NCBI GenBank assembly: GCA_965657355.1
Contig: CBFHOE010000003.1
Span: 277,520-341,519, forward strand
Direction of reading: 5' to 3'
From: Limisphaerales bacterium
GTDB taxonomy: Bacteria > Verrucomicrobiota > Verrucomicrobiia > Limisphaerales > JAJOIW01
DNA length: 64,000 nt
Part shown: in pieces, positions 28,479 to 37,998 of the stretch
How positions within the stretch are numbered: the stretch's first letter is position 1
How the letters are laid out: every line of letters starts with the position of its first letter
Position numbers and translations under genes: made by a program
Notes under the pieces: generated by a model
Database searches by the model: none
What the model was told of the DNA's origin: nothing
Seen by the model: only the letters and a program-made list of their open reading frames with translations

Positions 28479-30107
28479 ATGAAATTCACAAAATATGTAG
28501 CGGCTTCAGTCTTGGCTCTCTTCATTGCGATGGGTAGCGCTCAAGCCGAAAAGAAAAATATCGTCGAAACTGCAGTCGGAGCAGGGCAATTTAACACGCT
28601 CACCGCCGCACTAAAAGCAGGCGGTCTAGTGGAAGCACTTCAAGCAAAAGGACCTTTCACGGTTTTCGCTCCAACAGATAAGGCATTTGCAAAACTTCCT
28701 AAAGGGACTGTTGAATCCCTTCTGAAGCCCGAAAACAAGGCAAAACTAGTAGATATCCTGACTTACCACGTTGTCTCTGGTGAAGTCCCCAGCAAAGTCG
28801 CTGTGACGTTGACAGAAGGCAAGGCACTCAACAAAAAATCTTTCAAGGTCAACAATACGAAAAATGGCCTCTACATCAATCGATCCAAAGTTGTCATGGC
28901 CGACATTGAATGTTCGAATGGCGTCATTCATGTTATTGATTCCGTGCTTTTGCCACCTGCCGAAAAAGCTGCTGAGCAAAAGAACATAATTGAAACCGCT
29001 GTCGGTGCTGGTTCTTTCAAAACACTCGCAGCAGCACTTAAGGCCGGTGGTCTCATCGAAGCCCTTCAGGCCAAGGGACCATTTACAGTATTTGCTCCCA
29101 CGGACAAAGCATTTGCTAAGCTTCCTAAGGAAACTGTTGCTTCCCTCCTCAAACCCGAGAACAAAAAGAAACTTGTCGACATTCTTACATACCACGTTGT
29201 TAAGGGGGAAGTTCCAGCCAAGGTCGCTGTCACGCTCACTCAGGCAAAAGCTCTTAACAAAAAAACCTTTAAAATCAACAACACCAAAAAAGGCCTATAC
29301 ATCAACAAATCTAAAGTTGTAAAAGCTGATATTAACTGTTCAAACGGAATCATTCATGTCATTGATACTGTTTTACTACCACCAGCAGAGAAGAAATACC
29401 AAAAAGCTTCCAACCAGAAAGATATCATCCAGACAGCAGTCGGCGCGGGTGCTTTCAAAACCCTGGCGGCAGCGCTAGAAGCTGGTGGTCTAGTAGAGGC
29501 CCTTCAAGCTGATGGTCCTTTCACTGTTTTCGCCCCAACAGATGATGCATTCGCCAAGTTGCCAAAAGGCACTGTTGAATCTCTCCTCAAGCCCGAGAAC
29601 AAAGACAAACTTGTTGACATCCTGACATACCATGTTGTTGCCGGCAAGGTTCCTAGCAAAGTTGCTGTGACCTTAACGAAAGCGAATGCTCTTAACAAAA
29701 AATCATTGGGTATCAAAAACACCGCCAATGGATTGTTCATTAACAAATCCAAAGTGATTAAAGCTGATATTGATTGCTCAAACGGAGTCATTCATGTCAT
29801 TGATTCTGTTCTACTTCCACCAGCTGGAAAAAATTACGAAAAGGCTGAAAACGAAGATGTTAAGAAATTTCTATCTACAGCTATCAACCATGGAGTATCT
29901 CATTTTAATGTTGGTAACCATAAGACTTGCGAAGCCATATATTCGATAGCTGCTCAAGCATTGGTCATGATGCCTGATTGTTCTGTTTCGCAAACTGACA
30001 AAAACAGAATGAAAATGGTTATTGACCAAGCGTCACGATCACACGATAGCACCAAAGATTCCTGGGCTTTCAGGAATGCTTTTGATCAAATGCTAGTTTC
30101 TCAATAA
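28479..30107 (+). CDS. Secreted protein with three fasciclin (FAS1) domains and an uncharacterised C-terminal helical domain
   Basis: Signal peptide MKFTKYV; three copies of IVETA..AGxFxTL...GPFTVFAPTD.AF...ILTYHVV...SNGVIHVIDxVLLP. Confidence 0.93.
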   Translation: MKFTKYVAASVLALFIAMGSAQAEKKNIVETAVGAGQFNTLTAALKAGGLVEALQAKGPFTVFAPTDKAFAKLPKGTVESLLKPENKAKLVDILTYHVVSGEVPSKVAVTLTEGKALNKKSFKVNNTKNGLYINRSKVVMADIECSNGVIHVIDSVLLPPAEKAAEQKNIIETAVGAGSFKTLAAALKAGGLIEALQAKGPFTVFAPTDKAFAKLPKETVASLLKPENKKKLVDILTYHVVKGEVPAKVAVTLTQAKALNKKTFKINNTKKGLYINKSKVVKADINCSNGIIHVIDTVLLPPAEKKYQKASNQKDIIQTAVGAGAFKTLAAALEAGGLVEALQADGPFTVFAPTDDAFAKLPKGTVESLLKPENKDKLVDILTYHVVAGKVPSKVAVTLTKANALNKKSLGIKNTANGLFINKSKVIKADIDCSNGVIHVIDSVLLPPAGKNYEKAENEDVKKFLSTAINHGVSHFNVGNHKTCEAIYSIAAQALVMMPDCSVSQTDKNRMKMVIDQASRSHDSTKDSWAFRNAFDQMLVSQ

Positions 30108-30140
30108 TCATTATTTGCGATTTAGTAATAATATAAACAT

Positions 30141-30173
30141 AAAACCCGTGGACTCTAGGTTCACGGGTTTTTT
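30141..30173 (+). terminator. Rho-independent terminator
   Basis: AAAACCCGTGGAC-TCTAG-GTTCACGGGTTTT then further Ts. Confidence 0.85.
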
Positions 30174-30451
30174 AGCATCATGATAGAACTGAATTTATGA
30201 GTTTGGAAACTGCCTATTTGTATTATCGAGTGGGGTGAAGCTGTTGATTCCTAACCTTTTCTTTAAATACAATTCATAATTATTTTTTCGTTCAAAACAG
30301 GGATTCATTTCCAGTGAAGTCTGTTTTGATCTTAATTTTTCGAAATTATCTTCGTTTAAATACGTGAGCATTATTTTGGTGACGTTTCAGGTTATTTTGC
30401 CGTAAAACGGAATAAGGATGCAGGGTGCGTTAATGAGCACGGAATACGATA

Positions 30452-32386
30452 GTGATTTATAGACCAGATATTGACGGGCTGAGAGCCATCGCTGTTCTCG
30501 CTGTTTTGTTTTTTCACGCCGGGCTTGGTTTCTCTGGTGGGTTTGTTGGCGTGGATATATTTTTTGTGATATCTGGTTTTTTAATCACTAGCATTATTAT
30601 CAAGGACCTTTCTGCTGGTTCATTTTCCATACTTCACTTTTGGGAACGTAGGGCTCGTCGAATTCTTCCTGCCCTCTTCGTGGTTGTTCTTTTCTCTCTT
30701 ATTTGCGGATACTTTCTCTTTTTTCCATTTGATTATTTTCGTCATGGATCTTCGGCTCTTATGCTGACTTCGTTGGCTTCCAATATTTATTTTTGGAGGA
30801 ACTCAGATGGTTATTTTACAGGGCCGGTAGAAACAATGCCTTTGCTTCACACTTGGTCTCTATCCCTGGAAGAACAATTTTATGTAATAATGCCATTTGC
30901 CCTTTTACTATTATTTAAATTGGGAAGAGTAAAACTTATCATTAAGGCGCTCGCTGCGGTGGCTTCGATAAGCTTCTTTCTCTCTGTATATGGGGCGTTT
31001 GAATACCCATCTGATACATTTTATTTATTACATACAAGAGCATGGGAATTAGTTTTAGGCTCGCTTATCGCCTTTGCTCCCGGAATATCCAGTCAAAAAA
31101 TAAGAATTACCATGTCGTGGGTTGGGATGATTTTTATTACAATTCCCTTTTTCTTATACAGTGGCGAGATTCCTTTTCCCGGATCAGCCGCCCTGCTACC
31201 CGTTGGTGGTACCGCTTTTATCATTTGGGCAGGAATAAAAAATAATAGGGATCAAAAAGATTGTTTAATCCATCAGTTGCTTTCTCATAAAATCCTTGTT
31301 TGGATTGGGCTATTATCCTACTCACTCTATCTCTGGCATTGGCCACTCCTCGTTTTTAACGACTACATAGAAATGTGGAAAAATTCAGTTAGCGTGAAAA
31401 TTTTTATCCTCATGATTTCACTTTTCTTATCCTGGCTTTCATACAAATTCATTGAAAAGCCTTTTAGAACAAAGAAACTAATAAAGTCACGTAATTCTGT
31501 TTTTATAATTAGTGCTGCCGCGATGATTACGATTTTTTCACTCGGGTTGTTTATTAGACTTCAGGATGGGAAGGTTACCAGAACACCAGTGATCGAATTA
31601 GGGCAGAGAAGCCCTTTTCATGATCTTGAATTGCGTTTGAAAGTCGGTGATAAAATACCTGATTCATTACCAGTTTTAGGAAATAAAAAAAACGCGCCAA
31701 CCTATCTCGTTTTCGGGGATAGTCATGCCCAGCCCATTGCGCCCGAATTGGACCGTTTCAGTAATCAAAATGGGCTAACTGGACTTGCTTTTTGTGACTC
31801 CGGGAATCCTCCGTTAGTTGGCATGCATTCCAAGTTTCTCCAAAAACAAAGAAGAACCAACAAAAAAATCCTTTTCGATTTTTTGTCCCAAGGGCGGGAA
31901 AAAAACGGAATTGAGCGAGTCTTTCTCGTGGGAAGGTGGTGGTTATATATCCATGAAAGAGGCTTGCTCACTAAAGAATCACTAAACTTCTCGCAAGCCT
32001 TGATCGAAACAATCAGTTTCCTGATCGATAATGACTATGAGGTGGTCGTTATGGAGCAGGTGCCCCAATTTACAGATCTTCTTATGCCTGAACTGAAAGA
32101 ATGGTATATCAAATTTGATACCCATTCATTCAGCTGGAAAGCAAAAGAAAATTATTCCATGTCTGAGAAAGAGCTTAACGGGCGATTTCAAAAGCAAAAT
32201 GAGATTTTTACGAAACTCAAAGCCCAATTTCCGACGGTGAAATTTCTTGACCCTCTAAAATTATTCCTCACCGAAAATGAGTTCAAACTCAAAGATGAAG
32301 GGGGATACTTTTACTGGGACGATGACCACCTCACTGAATATGGTTCCTCAAAACTGCGCCCTTTCTTTAGATACCTAATGGATTAA
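30452..32386 (+). CDS. Acyltransferase-3 + SGNH fusion (OafA/OatA-type O-acetyltransferase)
   Basis: YRPDIDGLRAIAV, GVDIFFVISGFLIT, HTWSLSLEEQFY, SYSLYLWHWP; SGNH motifs GDSHA and DDDHLT. Confidence 0.93.
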   Translation: MIYRPDIDGLRAIAVLAVLFFHAGLGFSGGFVGVDIFFVISGFLITSIIIKDLSAGSFSILHFWERRARRILPALFVVVLFSLICGYFLFFPFDYFRHGSSALMLTSLASNIYFWRNSDGYFTGPVETMPLLHTWSLSLEEQFYVIMPFALLLLFKLGRVKLIIKALAAVASISFFLSVYGAFEYPSDTFYLLHTRAWELVLGSLIAFAPGISSQKIRITMSWVGMIFITIPFFLYSGEIPFPGSAALLPVGGTAFIIWAGIKNNRDQKDCLIHQLLSHKILVWIGLLSYSLYLWHWPLLVFNDYIEMWKNSVSVKIFILMISLFLSWLSYKFIEKPFRTKKLIKSRNSVFIISAAAMITIFSLGLFIRLQDGKVTRTPVIELGQRSPFHDLELRLKVGDKIPDSLPVLGNKKNAPTYLVFGDSHAQPIAPELDRFSNQNGLTGLAFCDSGNPPLVGMHSKFLQKQRRTNKKILFDFLSQGREKNGIERVFLVGRWWLYIHERGLLTKESLNFSQALIETISFLIDNDYEVVVMEQVPQFTDLLMPELKEWYIKFDTHSFSWKAKENYSMSEKELNGRFQKQNEIFTKLKAQFPTVKFLDPLKLFLTENEFKLKDEGGYFYWDDDHLTEYGSSKLRPFFRYLMD

Positions 32387-32792
32387 GAATGGACCGGCCT
32401 TTGACTTTCAGCTTGAGCGGCTGCTGGATCAATAACCAAACCTTTGATTCGTTGGCCCAGCAAAGCGGGGAATCCAATCCAACCCGAGGAATTCTCCTCC
32501 AACTACTCGAGAGCTGAAACTGTGTTTTCGTTTATTTAGGTTATCCAGAGTCCCGTTTCACGCATCGCCGAGATTTTGCAATGTCTTCTCCTTCCGGTTT
32601 GAATCATTGTGGGTCCAACATATGGGATAACCCTTTAATGGAATCTTCCTTTGCGAATGTATCAGCCGTCGATAGAGTCATTGCAACGGGTGATACGATA
32701 GTTATCGCAGGAGCTACCCATATTAATCTATAGGGCTCTTTTTATACATGCCCCTACCCCTGATTGCGGTAAGTCGAGCTCTATGCTTTCAT

Positions 32793-33854
32793 TTAATTTT
32801 TCGCGAAGCTGATCTCGGTGAATGGTATAATATGTTCGATACGTTGATTTCCTCGAATATCCCAGACTTCAGACATTAAATAAGGTTTGTTGTCGGAGAA
32901 ATTGATGGTTATAAGCCCAAAATGGTTGTCCATAATCGGGCCTTCAATTCGATTTTTATTTGGTGTCGCAAATTTCCATGTCGATGACAAACCACTTGCT
33001 GTCATGTCATACAATGGGTAACAGCCCTTACTTTCCAATTTGGATATTTCTGCGTAGTGGACATCGCCGCTCAGAAAAACAACATGATTGGCTTGAGTCT
33101 TTTTTATGAGGTCAATCATTCGTTTTTGTTCATGTGGGAAATTTGCCCATGCTTCGTAACCATTGTACTCGATGCCAAATTGAGTGCCTGAAGCAATGAT
33201 TCTAAAGTCTGCTGGTTTAAGCAGTTCGCGCTCGAGCCAGCTCCATTGTTTTTCCCCGAGAAGTGTCATTGAGGTGTCCGTGTGTGGGGAATAATCTAAG
33301 TGATAGAAAAAGCGCCGGTCTTTATTTTTTTGATCTCCAGGTAAAAGGTTGTCCCGGAAGGTGCGCCCATCTAATAAGATGATTTGTATGGTATTCCCGG
33401 CGACCTCACGAAAAACTGAGTGGTAGATCCCTTCATGCTTATATCTTTCTGAATCCTCAGGTTCTTCAAAAAATTCCAGAAAAATTTCTTTGGAGGCTTC
33501 TTTTTTTGGGTAGTATTTCCCTGCATCATTTTGACCATAATCGTGATCATCCCAGGTCGCTAAAATTTCAGTGTTTTCTTTGAGGTTTTTATACGAGTCT
33601 TTACTGCCCAGTAGTTGATATTTTTTCCGAAGGATATTCATGTCATTGGTGTCGCCATAGATATTATCACCAAGAAAAATAAACGCGTCCGGTTTATGGT
33701 TCACAACATGATTAAGAATTGGTAGTGGGTGATTCTGGCTTCCACACGATCCAAAGGCGATCTTAAAAATATGATTTGATGATGATTCATCACCTTCGAT
33801 TACCCAAGGGCTAAAAAGGAGACAAAACGCCAAAATTTGTGCAGGGTATTTCAT
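32793..33854 (-). CDS. Alkaline phosphatase D (PhoD) family protein
   Basis: IAFGSC, FLGDNIYGD, TWDDHDY, LDGR, LLGEKQWSWL, SGDVHYAE. Confidence 0.9.
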   Translation of the reverse strand: MKYPAQILAFCLLFSPWVIEGDESSSNHIFKIAFGSCGSQNHPLPILNHVVNHKPDAFIFLGDNIYGDTNDMNILRKKYQLLGSKDSYKNLKENTEILATWDDHDYGQNDAGKYYPKKEASKEIFLEFFEEPEDSERYKHEGIYHSVFREVAGNTIQIILLDGRTFRDNLLPGDQKNKDRRFFYHLDYSPHTDTSMTLLGEKQWSWLERELLKPADFRIIASGTQFGIEYNGYEAWANFPHEQKRMIDLIKKTQANHVVFLSGDVHYAEISKLESKGCYPLYDMTASGLSSTWKFATPNKNRIEGPIMDNHFGLITINFSDNKPYLMSEVWDIRGNQRIEHIIPFTEISFAKN

Positions 33855-34192
33855 AGGATTTAAGATTACCCAGGTTTCGCCTCAAATGCCAACCACTTCT
33901 AAAAATATAGTCCGGCGCGAAAGAGCTTTTATTTTTTGTGAAGAAGTCTAATAGGACAAGGTAGTATTACCAACGGGTAACGTTCCTGAAAACTTTCGAC
34001 AGTGAGGAAGAATAATGACCAGATCTAAATGAAGAAGATCGTTTTAAAAACCAAACCATATCACACACAAAAACCTGGCTCATAATACGATAAAATTCCC
34101 GAAGTTCTCTCATTTATTTGCTTGATCCTTGAAATCTGGACACAGTCAAAACGACACTGGATGAAAAACTTGCCCTTTGCTACCAGATCATA

Positions 34193-34639
34193 ATGTTATC
34201 AGCTAGGCGTGGATTACTTAATGCGCGCGGAATACGAACTGGTTACACCCACTGGCTTGGTTCGGAGCTATCTAGGGAAGTTCGCTTCTTTATAGGTTTC
34301 GTTAGTAAGGAGGCAATCAATAATAATAGCAATGTCGGACTGGTGCTAAAGCACTTTCTAAGAATTCAAACAGAGTTGACTAAACTGATCAGAAGGCATT
34401 TGTCTGAAGGAGAAAACGAGAAAGAATTCGTTGAGGAGGTAAAACGGCTGGAGTAAGTTCACAACGTGACAAAAGAGGAAGATACGAAACTCCGCAGAGA
34501 ATAATTCAAAGGTGACTATGAGCTTGCTGGTATTGAGCTTGTGTATTGGAGCAACATTTCTCTATAAAGTCGGGTTTTCCTAAAAAAGAAACTTCAAGGC
34601 AATGTAGCAGATTTTCATGAATACAATACTTGGAATTGA
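34193..34639 (+). pseudogene. Decayed hypothetical gene (three in-frame TAA stops)
   Basis: The frame continues past the ORF-track stop as RLE*VHNVTKEEDTKLRRE*FKGDYELAGIELVYWSNISL*SRVFLKKKLQGNVADFHEYNTWN to TGA 34637-34639. Confidence 0.55.
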
Positions 34640-34932
34640 TTTAAAGCAGAACTCTATTAATCGCGACTAGTTTGCCTACCTGCAGCTGTTCTTTTGGCTA
34701 TCCAAAAAGTCGCTAGGTCGGACTGGCTTCTTTAGTCTCATTGATTTCAGTAGAATTTATTACGTCCTCAAAAAATACACAATAGATCAGCTACATTGAG
34801 CGGGTAACAGATGAAAGTGAGAACCCGAAGGTCAATTCCTTCCCAGGATGCCACCTCGGCAAGCCTATTGATCGCTTAGGCATTAGGAGGTTTCACTCAA
34901 ATAATACCCACCCTATCATAATTATTTCTTTG

Positions 34933-34989
34933 TCCGAACGTCAAAAGACAGGCACGCCGTTAGGCGCTGCCCGCTCTGCCTTGTTCGGC
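34933..34989 (-). mobile_element. attC-like integron recombination site at the 3' end of the NOS gene
   Basis: Minus strand GCCGAAC-AAGGC-AGAGCGGGCAGCGCC-TAAC-GGCGTGCCTGTCT-TTTGAC-GTTCGGA: R'' ending AAC, R' starting GTT, imperfect L stem with two unpaired bases; 57 nt. Confidence 0.75.
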
Positions 34990-36280
34990 ATTCTTCTTTT
35001 TATTCTTATGGGTGCTCAAGGGTGCCGTTTGAGCTGTCCTTTTGTAATCTTTCCATGCTTCCATTTGAGGCAGCAAGTTTGGCAATCGTGGTTCCAACGG
35101 ATAAAGGCGGTGGAAAACACCGGTGGACGAGCCGGAGATGGGCGGCACGATCCATGACCATTCGGCCTGTACTTCGTGGCCTTGAGATCGCTCGCTCTCA
35201 CAGTGGGCGAGGAATTCGCGTGAAGCTTGGTGGTGGTCCACCATGCGCACACCTTCACGGGCGAAGGAATGCAATACGGCTTCGTTGAGCACGAGCAGGG
35301 CACGGTCCTTCCACAGGTTTCTGCCAAGCTGCAATCCGAGCCGCTCTGCCACTTCTGGAAGGAGGTTGTAGCGGTCGGCATCGCCGAGGTTGCGGGCACC
35401 GATCTCAGTTCCCATGTACCAACCGTTGAAGGGGGCGCAGGGAAAGACATCGTCTAGCGTGACCAGCATCATGTCTGTGATCGCCGGCACGGCGTGCCAT
35501 CGCAACCCGAGTTTCGCGAACCAGGGATATTCAGGGTGTTCAAGTTCGACCTCCAATACCACCTCGCGCGGCAATTCTCGGACGACAACCCGTCCGTCCA
35601 CCTCGATGACCAAAGGCAGCAAATCGAAGCGTCCGGGGTCAACCGGTGGCGACCAGCCGAGTGAGCGGACCCGCTCGGTGAAGGCCACGTTCATGGGGTC
35701 GCCTAACACCGAGCCGTCCGGGCGGCGGTATCCGGCGTAGCGGATCAGCTGGTGGTTCCATATCCGAATGCTCGGATGCCCTTCCCGCCACTTGGCGAAA
35801 ACCGTTTGCGTTGGAATGATGCGGCCACCGTTGGTGGCTACGCGCAGGTGTTCGACACAGGCCTCGAATACTTCGTCGGCATTATCCAGCGAGCGGGCGT
35901 CGACGACCTGCAGCGACCGCCAGTGCAGACGTCCGATGCAACGCACTGATTCGCGCCAGGCTAGGCGTGCGGCATCGGCCAGCTTCATCCCGCCGGAGCC
36001 GTCCGACATGCTTTGAACTAGCTTCCAAGCCTCGTCAGCCCGCCAGCGACGCGCATGATCGAAAACACCGGCGGCGTAAGGGCACTCACCGCCAGATGTC
36101 GCTGCGCCGGTCGGGTCTTTATCGGAGATCGGATCCATGAACCTTCAGGGATAGACCGGCAATAAGCGATGTAATGTACTGGTAGGAGATTGCTTTGAAT
36201 CCTGCGGCCATCGCTTCACCAGAGGCCAGAGGTTGAAAAGTGTTCTGACTTAGTTTCCATCGGGCTGTTTCTTCGCCGAA
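34939..36280 (-). mobile_element. Putative integron gene cassette carrying nitric oxide synthase
   Basis: Begins at G|TTCGGC (36281-36275), the exact complement of the cassette's own R'' GCCGAAC, and ends at G|TTCGGA of the attC. GC content jumps inside these limits. Confidence 0.65.
34960..36138 (-). CDS. nos: Nitric oxide synthase, oxygenase domain only (bacterial NOS)
   Basis: AWRESVRCIGRLHW (heme Cys), ATNGG, IWNHQLIRYAGY, PFNGWYMGTEIGARNL (substrate Glu), VDHH, WSWIVPP. Confidence 0.95.
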   Translation of the reverse strand: MDPISDKDPTGAATSGGECPYAAGVFDHARRWRADEAWKLVQSMSDGSGGMKLADAARLAWRESVRCIGRLHWRSLQVVDARSLDNADEVFEACVEHLRVATNGGRIIPTQTVFAKWREGHPSIRIWNHQLIRYAGYRRPDGSVLGDPMNVAFTERVRSLGWSPPVDPGRFDLLPLVIEVDGRVVVRELPREVVLEVELEHPEYPWFAKLGLRWHAVPAITDMMLVTLDDVFPCAPFNGWYMGTEIGARNLGDADRYNLLPEVAERLGLQLGRNLWKDRALLVLNEAVLHSFAREGVRMVDHHQASREFLAHCESERSQGHEVQAEWSWIVPPISGSSTGVFHRLYPLEPRLPNLLPQMEAWKDYKRTAQTAPLSTHKNKKKNAEQGRAGSA

Positions 36281-36338
36281 CGGTTTTATTATGCCGATAG
36301 CGATAATTTTGGGAATCGCTGGCGATTTTCCGTTTTCC
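36275..36338 (-). mobile_element. Degenerate attC/attI-like site upstream of the NOS cassette
   Basis: Minus strand GGAAAAC-GGAAA-ATCGCCAGCGAT-tcccaaaatt-ATCGCTATCGGCAT-AATAAAACC-GTTCGGC: hairpin flanked by AAC and GTT, irregular spacing. Confidence 0.4.
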
Positions 36339-36489
36339 ATGTGGTAAATTATCCAAAAAAAGGTAAAGAAGCAAATTGAGACCATTTTGGTTGGGTTTAA
36401 TTTTAATAAAAAATTATCGTTATCGTTCATGAATCATAATTTTTGTTATTGGTTGCACTTGCTCGGAGATTAGGAGGAACTTAAGCCAT

Positions 36490-37090
36490 TTAAATCTTAA
36501 CTATCTCAGCCACCTTCCTGGAGTTTGAATTCAGCAAATGGACATAAGTTCTCATAGCCAGTGTGACGCAATTCTCGTGACCAAGCCAACGTGATGCGGT
36601 TTTGATATCAACACGGCTCTCAATGCAACGTGTGGCGAACAAATGCCTGAAATCATGCAGCGTGAGACTCTTTCGCCCCATATCTTTAAAGGCCAATTAT
36701 ATTACCTTATTGAAGGTGACAATTGGTATTATTGCATCCTCCTCCCCAATGGGGAATCAACGATCTGAAAGTTCTGTTCGCAGTTGCTTGTAAATTTCTT
36801 CAACCCCACCAATGAATAGGACGTGCCTTTCTTGTATTTCGTGCTCACGCCCTTTGGCCGTTTTGATATAGGTCTCGCGATTATCACAATCGATATCGCC
36901 CCAAGTGATCGCTTTCGGTTCCAACAATCGTGTTCCAGTTCGGGAAACAATTTCCAATGCCCAAATACCAATCCAAATAATGAGGCTTTGGATAGCATTG
37001 ACTCTGCCGATGGAGTAGGACTCAAAAAGTTCAGCCAAGTATGCCACATACTCCCGTTTAGTGATGTCCTCGACCTCGACCTGAGATAGC
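36490..37090 (-). pseudogene. Tyrosine recombinase/phage-type integrase remnant
   Basis: One frame with two internal stops (36757-59, 36697-99): TGTRLLE (Arg I), KTAKG, HDFRHLFAT, WLGH, MRTYVH; N-terminus missing. Confidence 0.8.
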
Positions 37091-37109
37091 GATATATGAA
37101 ATTGAGCTT

Positions 37110-37586
37110 CAGAAATTAGGGATCATAACGGAGCTTTTTCAAAACCAAATCTTACCGGAGTTTGATTTATCAATTGCTGGAAACCAAAGTGTAGGAGGAT
37201 CTCTTTTTAAAGACACAGGTGAATTTGAACTCAAACTAGGCCTGGAATTTAGTTTGCCTCTGCAAAGAAATAAGACCAAAGGCGCCATTGCATCCAATGC
37301 TGCAAAAGTTAATATGGAATTAGCTTCCGAAAATAGTGATTTGGCCATCGCTTTGAGAGAAATTGAATACGATAGATTTAGAATTGGTGCCACTAATTTA
37401 TTATCTCCTCAGATTCGAGAGCAAACTTCTCTCAAAGCCAGGCAAGAATGGATTAAGTCACAATACGATTACTATTTGGCTCTTGTGGACTTAATCATTG
37501 CTAGTGCAGTAAATTTCAGGCAATACAAGGATTCACAGAAGGGGGTTTTCGACATAGCTTCCCAATGGGATAATATAGCCAATTGA
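37110..37586 (+). pseudogene. C-terminal fragment of a TolC-family outer-membrane efflux protein
   Basis: QNQILPEFDLS...LGLEFSLPLQRNK...EYDRFRIGATNLL...IREQ...YYLALVDL is a TolC C-terminal repeat pattern; no start or N-terminus. Confidence 0.6.
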
Positions 37587-37872
37587 GTTTTTACTTCCCA
37601 AGACTCTGCTCATTTCATGTCAGCCAAGAGCCCTGTCTTTTGTTCGAAGAGAACGGTTAAATTGTTTTCCTTGTTTCTTGCATCGCAGGTAGTAAATTTA
37701 ACTCTCGTCATGGCGGTAAAGATTCTCACCAACACGGCTAAAGAGTGGTTTCTTCTCAGATGAGCTAGGCCTGCTGAGTGTTGTTTTGGGACTACCCATT
37801 ATCCCATCATAGGGATGCAACTCTGGAATTGTGTGAGTGTGAGAAATTGAAATTGCCAACAGCCCGTAGGCT

Positions 37873-37948
37873 GTCCCTGTAGTTCAAATGGATAGAACGA
37901 CGCTCTCCTAAAGCGAAGATCTGGGTTCAATTCCCGGCGGGGGCACCA
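37873..37948 (+). tRNA. tRNA-Arg (CCT)
   Basis: GTCCCTG/CGGGGGC acceptor stem, anticodon loop CTCCTAA, TTCAATT T loop, encoded CCA. Confidence 0.93.
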
Positions 37949-37998
37949 TCTCTTCTTTCTTGCCCGTTGCTTTAATGGGATTTAAATTTTCTTATCTC

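Noticed and set aside
28550..29830. DNA repeats as a mobile element or assembly duplication
   Set aside because: They are three diverged FAS1 domains with many synonymous differences.
34930..36016. Several plus-strand and alternate-frame ORFs overlapping nos
   Set aside because: Expected by-product of high GC; no recognisable motifs.
36119..36430. 103-aa ORF upstream of nos
   Set aside because: It crosses the inferred cassette junction from AT-rich into GC-rich DNA and has no recognisable motif; probably spurious.
36490..37090. Integrase remnant as the integron integrase (IntI) for the NOS cassette
   Set aside because: Its motifs (HDFRHLFATRCIES...WLGH) look like a phage/ICE-type recombinase. 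I see no IntI-specific insertion or HTLRHSFATHLL-like box, and it is co-oriented with the cassette rather than divergent.
37690..37870. Possible structured ncRNA upstream of tRNA-Arg
   Set aside because: Only short scattered complementarity; no recognisable family motif.
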